From the NCBI GenBank assembly GCA_963817385.1, contig CAWFOM010000005.1, positions 96,001 through 160,000 of the forward strand: a stretch of DNA of 64,000 nt. Reading direction: 5' to 3'. Every line of letters begins with the position of its first letter. Position 1 is the first letter of the stretch. The stretch comes from an uncultured delta proteobacterium (GTDB taxonomy: Bacteria > Desulfobacterota > Syntrophia > Syntrophales > UBA5619). The notes beneath the pieces were generated by a model. It was not told where the DNA came from and did no database searches. It saw only the letters and a list, made by a program, of their open reading frames with translations. Both the position numbers and the translations under genes were made by a program. Positions 59,458 through 64,000 of the stretch are shown here, one piece after another.

Positions 59458-60972
59458 TTACGCATCTCCAAATGCTTCTTTGCGCTTCTTTTTAATACCT
59501 GGAAGCATTACGATCAGAAGCAGCAATGCAACCAGTACCAGCAGGGTAGCCGACAACGGACGCATCATGAACGCACGCCACCAGTCACCGTCAGCAATCA
59601 GGAGTGCGCGGCGCAGGTTCTCCTCCATCATTGGGCCCAGAATAAAACCCAAGAGAAGAGGGGCTGGTTCGCAACCGAGCTTGATGAACACATAGCCGAT
59701 GAAACCGAATATTCCCACCATCCAGATGTCAAAGGCGTTGTTATTGGTGGAGTATACTCCGATGGCACAAAACAGCACTATGGCGGGATACAGGAAGTGG
59801 TAAGGAACCGTCAGCATCTTGATCCAAATGGCAATAAGTGGCAGGTTCAAAATCACGAGCATCAGGTTCCCAATCCACATGGAGACAATCAGACCCCAGA
59901 AAAGCTCTGGGTTGTTGGTTATAACCTGCGGTCCTGGCTGAATATTGTGGATGGTCATGGCACCTACCATCAATGCCATCACCGCATTGGTCGGGATTCC
60001 AAGTGTAAGTAAAGGAATGAATGACGTTTGTGCCCCGGCGTTATTGGCCGACTCCGGTGATGCAACGCCGCGGATGTTGCCCTGTCCAAAGGGAACTTCG
60101 TCCGGCCTCGTGGTGACTTTCTTTTCGAGGGCGTAGGCGGCAAAGGCAGCCAGCAGGGCACCACCACCGGGTAGGATGCCAAGCATGCAACCAACGGCTG
60201 TCCCACGTAAAACTGCGGGCGTTATGTTTTTGAAGTCTTTTTTAGTGGGGAAAAGGCCATGCACTTTGGTCGTGAACACCTCACGTTTTTCTTTCGATTG
60301 CCCAAGGTTACTAATGATTTCACCATAGCCGAAGATACCCATGGCGATTACCACAAATCCGATGCCATCCGCCAGTTCGGCAATGTTCAAACTGAAGCGC
60401 GCGACACCAGAATTAATGTCTGTTCCCACAACCCCTAGGAGCAAGCCCAGCAGGACCATTGCAATGGCCTTCAGCAATGAACCCGTGGCCAGCAGCACCG
60501 CGCCAATCAGACCCAGCACCATGAGTGAGAAGTATTCTGAGGGCCCGAACTTGAAGGCCAGTTCTGTTAGTGGCGCTGCAAACGCGGCTAAAACCAAAAC
60601 TCCCACCGAACCGGCGAAAAAGGAACCCAGCGCGGCGGCAGTCAGAGCCGGGCCGGCACGACCCTTCCGGGCCATCTGATAACCATCAATACAGGTCACA
60701 ACTGACGAGGGCTCACCGGGCAAATTAACTAGAATAGAGGTGGTCGATCCACCATATTGCGCTCCATAGTAAAGTCCTGCCATCATGATCAATGCCGACA
60801 CAGGGGGTAAAACGTAAGTAACGGGCAACAACATAGCTATGGTGGCGACCGGCCCGATGCCCGGTAGTACACCGATAAGGGTACCTAAAAAGCAGCCGAT
60901 AAACGCGTACATCACATTCATGGGCGTGATGGCTACGCTAAAGCCTAAAAGCAGGTTTGAAATTAAATCCAT
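59458..60972 (-). CDS. tctA: TctA family permease
   Basis: [29 protein letters not shown]. Confidence 0.95.
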   Translation of the reverse strand: MDLISNLLLGFSVAITPMNVMYAFIGCFLGTLIGVLPGIGPVATIAMLLPVTYVLPPVSALIMMAGLYYGAQYGGSTTSILVNLPGEPSSVVTCIDGYQMARKGRAGPALTAAALGSFFAGSVGVLVLAAFAAPLTELAFKFGPSEYFSLMVLGLIGAVLLATGSLLKAIAMVLLGLLLGVVGTDINSGVARFSLNIAELADGIGFVVIAMGIFGYGEIISNLGQSKEKREVFTTKVHGLFPTKKDFKNITPAVLRGTAVGCMLGILPGGGALLAAFAAYALEKKVTTRPDEVPFGQGNIRGVASPESANNAGAQTSFIPLLTLGIPTNAVMALMVGAMTIHNIQPGPQVITNNPELFWGLIVSMWIGNLMLVILNLPLIAIWIKMLTVPYHFLYPAIVLFCAIGVYSTNNNAFDIWMVGIFGFIGYVFIKLGCEPAPLLLGFILGPMMEENLRRALLIADGDWWRAFMMRPLSATLLVLVALLLLIVMLPGIKKKRKEAFGDA

Positions 60973-60985
60973 CTTTTCAGCTTTC

Positions 60986-61474
60986 TTAACCGGTAATGAA
61001 GGCAGGCCACACAGGAATATTCGATTTCAGCAGCACAATGAACGTGAGATAGCTGCCCACTGCCAAGATGGTTGCGAGAATCATCGTTTGACGGATCTTA
61101 AAGGCGTCACTTGCCAAACTGGCGACGAGGGTCAGGATGTAAATCCCTGCGATCAAACCGGTAGTGGGCAGCTTGATACTGGGCAGGCCACCAAGCAATA
61201 CGCCAAACGCCAAATTAGCACCCAGAATATAAGCCAGGGGTTTCCAAGCCCAAGTACCAATCTTGTCTCCGTCTCCGGTTTTGATGACCAGCGCCTTGAC
61301 TGTAATTATGAGCCCTAGAATGGCTATCAAGCCCCCCAGCATCAATGGGAAATATCCCGGTCCCATACTGGAGCCGACACCAATCTCATAACGAGTGGCA
61401 CCCCAGACAAAACCGATGCCCACCGCTATAAACAAAACACCGGAGTAAAAATCTTTTTGACTCTTAATTTTCAT
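60986..61474 (-). CDS. tctB: TctB family membrane protein
   Basis: KSQKDFYSG, MGPGYFP, PVWP. Confidence 0.9.
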   Translation of the reverse strand: MKIKSQKDFYSGVLFIAVGIGFVWGATRYEIGVGSSMGPGYFPLMLGGLIAILGLIITVKALVIKTGDGDKIGTWAWKPLAYILGANLAFGVLLGGLPSIKLPTTGLIAGIYILTLVASLASDAFKIRQTMILATILAVGSYLTFIVLLKSNIPVWPAFITG

Positions 61475-61683
61475 GCTTCAGCTCATTGGGTCATGTCAGC
61501 CGAGTTTCCCTGTGGTCGACTCACGCTCCCCAACAAGTCGACATAAAAGCCTCTTGCATCCGGTACCCATTTTGCGCCTTCAGGATAAGCAAGCTATCAT
61601 GTGGTAGGAGTGAACAATTGCCTGCCTCGGCATTGCAAGCAGCTCCCAGTCTGCGGTGGCTTCGATCACTGTGATGATGATGC

Positions 61684-62889
61684 TCACCACTGACTCACAT
61701 CATCCATTCTTCTACCGCCCTTAAAAACAGCCTTCACTTTCCGGATATCGCTAATTGTAGTCAAAGGATCACCCTCAACAATCAAGATATCTGCGAATTT
61801 TTCTGCTTCCAGGGAACCTACTTTTTCATCAACCCCGCACATGCAAGCAGCCTCTGTAGTTGCCGCCTGTAAAGCCTTAATCGGTTCGATATTGAAACTA
61901 ACCAAAGTCTCTAGTTCATAAGCAAAACCGCCGTGATTTCCGTCCGTGCCCAACGTATACCTCAGACCGGAATGGACAGCTTTGGTATATGCGGCGCGGA
62001 TGTCATCCCGAAACTTTACAAAACCTCTTGTTAGCTCAGGGGTACCTCTATTGATAATTCTTTGATCGCTTAAATAGCCATTCTGAGTAACCGTTAACCA
62101 TGCTTTTGCTTTGAGCATCATTTCTATGTCGTTATCATCCATATAGATTCCGTGTTCGATTGTATCAACACCGGCTTCAACACAGTGTTTTAGCCCTACA
62201 CCTCCATAACAATGCGCCGCCACCTTTTTACCCACACAATGAGCCGTCCCTACAGCCGCTTGAATTTCTTCTTTGGTCATGAGTGACTGCATTTCATTGC
62301 GTTCCATCGTACGTTCGGTTCCAAACTTAAAGTTTCTGAATTCACCTTTGCTGCCGGTTACAAATACCTTCACCTGATCGGCACCCGCGTCGTGAATATT
62401 GATACGGGCGGCTTTTCTGACCTCTTCTACGCCATCAAACGGTGTCCCCATGATACCATGGCCATAACTGGATCGGATACCTTTGCCGCTAATCAACAAC
62501 CTTGGTCCTGGTATTAATTCCTTCTCAACGGCGTCTTTGATTGCCACATCGATAAAGTCTTTTTCTCCTAAGCAACGCATCGTGGTAACGCCGGATAATA
62601 AATCACAACGAATATTTCGGGCTGAGCGAAGGGTTAAGGTTAACGTATCGTCTTTCATGGTTGCCGCGTAGTTGGGCATTTGAGCACTTAACGCTAAGTG
62701 GGTATGGCCGTCAATTAAACCGGGCAAAATCATATTGTCACCAAAATCGATGATTTCGCTTTCGTCTTGTATACTCATTCTTGATTCTGTTCCCACGCCA
62801 ACAATTTTTTCTCCGTCAATGACCACAAATCCGTCATGGATTACTTCATAACCGGTAAATATTTTTTTACCTTTAAGGACTTTTACCAT
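61684..62889 (-). CDS. amidohydrolase family protein (prolidase-like metal-dependent hydrolase)
   Basis: PGLIDGHTH, GVTT.R, VK, AAH, IEHG, GTD, ADIL.V.GDP. Confidence 0.9.
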   Translation of the reverse strand: MVKVLKGKKIFTGYEVIHDGFVVIDGEKIVGVGTESRMSIQDESEIIDFGDNMILPGLIDGHTHLALSAQMPNYAATMKDDTLTLTLRSARNIRCDLLSGVTTMRCLGEKDFIDVAIKDAVEKELIPGPRLLISGKGIRSSYGHGIMGTPFDGVEEVRKAARINIHDAGADQVKVFVTGSKGEFRNFKFGTERTMERNEMQSLMTKEEIQAAVGTAHCVGKKVAAHCYGGVGLKHCVEAGVDTIEHGIYMDDNDIEMMLKAKAWLTVTQNGYLSDQRIINRGTPELTRGFVKFRDDIRAAYTKAVHSGLRYTLGTDGNHGGFAYELETLVSFNIEPIKALQAATTEAACMCGVDEKVGSLEAEKFADILIVEGDPLTTISDIRKVKAVFKGGRRMDDVSQW

Positions 62890-63018
62890 TTCATTCACCC
62901 TTTCAATCAGTGGAAGTTAAACTTGGAATGTTGTTTTCAAGCCACGAGCCACCCCGGGCGTCGCCAGCTGGGTGACTCACGAATAATTAATAGGAATTAC
63001 AAGCCTTGAGAGGCCATA

Positions 63019-63981
63019 TCATTGCGGCGTTATGTTAGCCGCCTTGACGAGCTTGGCGTACATGTCGGAATCTTTGCGGATGAAATCCGCAAACTGCTGG
63101 GGTGTGCCGCCAGCGATATCGAGCCCCATTTCATCGAGCTGCTTACGCAAATCACCCGCGACGTCCTTTTGAAGTTGGTCATGAAGCTTTGTAATGATTT
63201 CCTTGGGCGTCCCTGCCGGCGCGACAAGCCCTATCCAGCCGCGGAATTCGTAGCCCTTTAATCCTACCTCGTCCAGCGTTGGTACATTGGGCAGCCTGCC
63301 AGAGCGCTGCAACGTCGTTACAGCCAATGCCTTAACCTTGCCCGAATTTACGAAAGGTATCGATGATGGCGCGGTTTCAAGCATCAAATCGATATGGCCC
63401 CCGATCAGGTCGACCATGGCGGGCCCACCGCCTTTATATGGAACGTGCTTCATACTGACACCCGTCATCATCATAAAAAGTTCAGCCGCCATGTGCTGGG
63501 AAGCTCCGACGCCGGAACTACCGAAAGTAAGCTTGCCCGGACGCGATTTAGCCAATTCAATGAGCTCCTTGACGTTCCCTGCTGGTACTGAAGGATTCAG
63601 TACCAGCACGTTGGGTTGATTGGCGATCAGCATGATCGGTGCAAAGTCCTTGAACGGGTCAAACTGCAACTTTTTGAAAAGGTGGATATTCGCAGCAAGG
63701 GGGGGGGAGCTGCTCATCAGCAGCGTGTATCCATCGGGGGCGGCCTTTGCCGCGTAATCGGTGCCGATATTCCCAGAGGCACCGGCTCGGTTTTCAATAA
63801 TGAATGGCTGGCCGAACTCTTTGGTAAACTTCTGGCCAACCAAACGTGCTACGGAATCGACGCTGCCGCCTGGTGCATAGGGTACAATAATGCGTACCGG
63901 TTTAGATGGATAGTTTTGTGCGTACGCACTCGTCGCGACAAACATGACTAACAAAAGACAGCGCAATATTTTGGTCAGCAT
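63019..63981 (-). CDS. tctC: Bug/TctC family substrate-binding protein
   Basis: YPSKPVRIIVPYAPGGSVD, ENRAGASG, HVPYKGGG. Confidence 0.94.
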   Translation of the reverse strand: MLTKILRCLLLVMFVATSAYAQNYPSKPVRIIVPYAPGGSVDSVARLVGQKFTKEFGQPFIIENRAGASGNIGTDYAAKAAPDGYTLLMSSSPPLAANIHLFKKLQFDPFKDFAPIMLIANQPNVLVLNPSVPAGNVKELIELAKSRPGKLTFGSSGVGASQHMAAELFMMMTGVSMKHVPYKGGGPAMVDLIGGHIDLMLETAPSSIPFVNSGKVKALAVTTLQRSGRLPNVPTLDEVGLKGYEFRGWIGLVAPAGTPKEIITKLHDQLQKDVAGDLRKQLDEMGLDIAGGTPQQFADFIRKDSDMYAKLVKAANITPQ

Positions 63982-64000
63982 GGTTTCCTCCGATTTGGTT

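Noticed and set aside
1..64000. tRNA (including tRNA-Sec), rRNA, CRISPR array, prophage
   Set aside because: None recognised by eye; tRNAscan-SE or Infernal would be needed to exclude small RNAs.

Overview
Bacterial chromosomal window, most consistent with a Deltaproteobacterium/Desulfobacterota (Syntrophales-like anaerobe; inferred from gene content and protein style). The left end is a housekeeping block on the minus strand (prfA, rpmE, rho, pgeF, rluD, selA). The rest is a mosaic of accessory metabolism: a xanthine-dehydrogenase-family Mo enzyme, oxidoreductases, nitroreductases, a 2-hydroxyacyl-CoA dehydratase-like pair, an acyl-CoA ligase and three tripartite tricarboxylate transporter sets. 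Main signals the ORF track misses or does not explain: (i) an integron at 43.8-46.2 kb with three attC sites, an attI-like site, three cassettes (yefM-yoeB, a gamma-carbonic-anhydrase-like gene lacking its usual His ligands, mazEF) and only a 56-codon N-terminal stump of a probable integrase; (ii) a selenoprotein (DsbA/FrnE-like, UxxC) with an in-frame TGA and a SECIS-like hairpin, in the same window as selA; (iii) a second, decayed attC-like cluster beside a truncated radC + restriction-modification fusion; (iv) an intact IS1202-like element with a 15-bp target duplication; (v) a lipoprotein beta-propeller built from seven highly similar 138-bp repeats; (vi) REP/MITE-like palindromes, a shared operator-like motif at two tctC promoters, an IS3 scar and three single-base frameshifts. 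No rRNA, tRNA or CRISPR array was recognised. All calls are by eye, without database searches.
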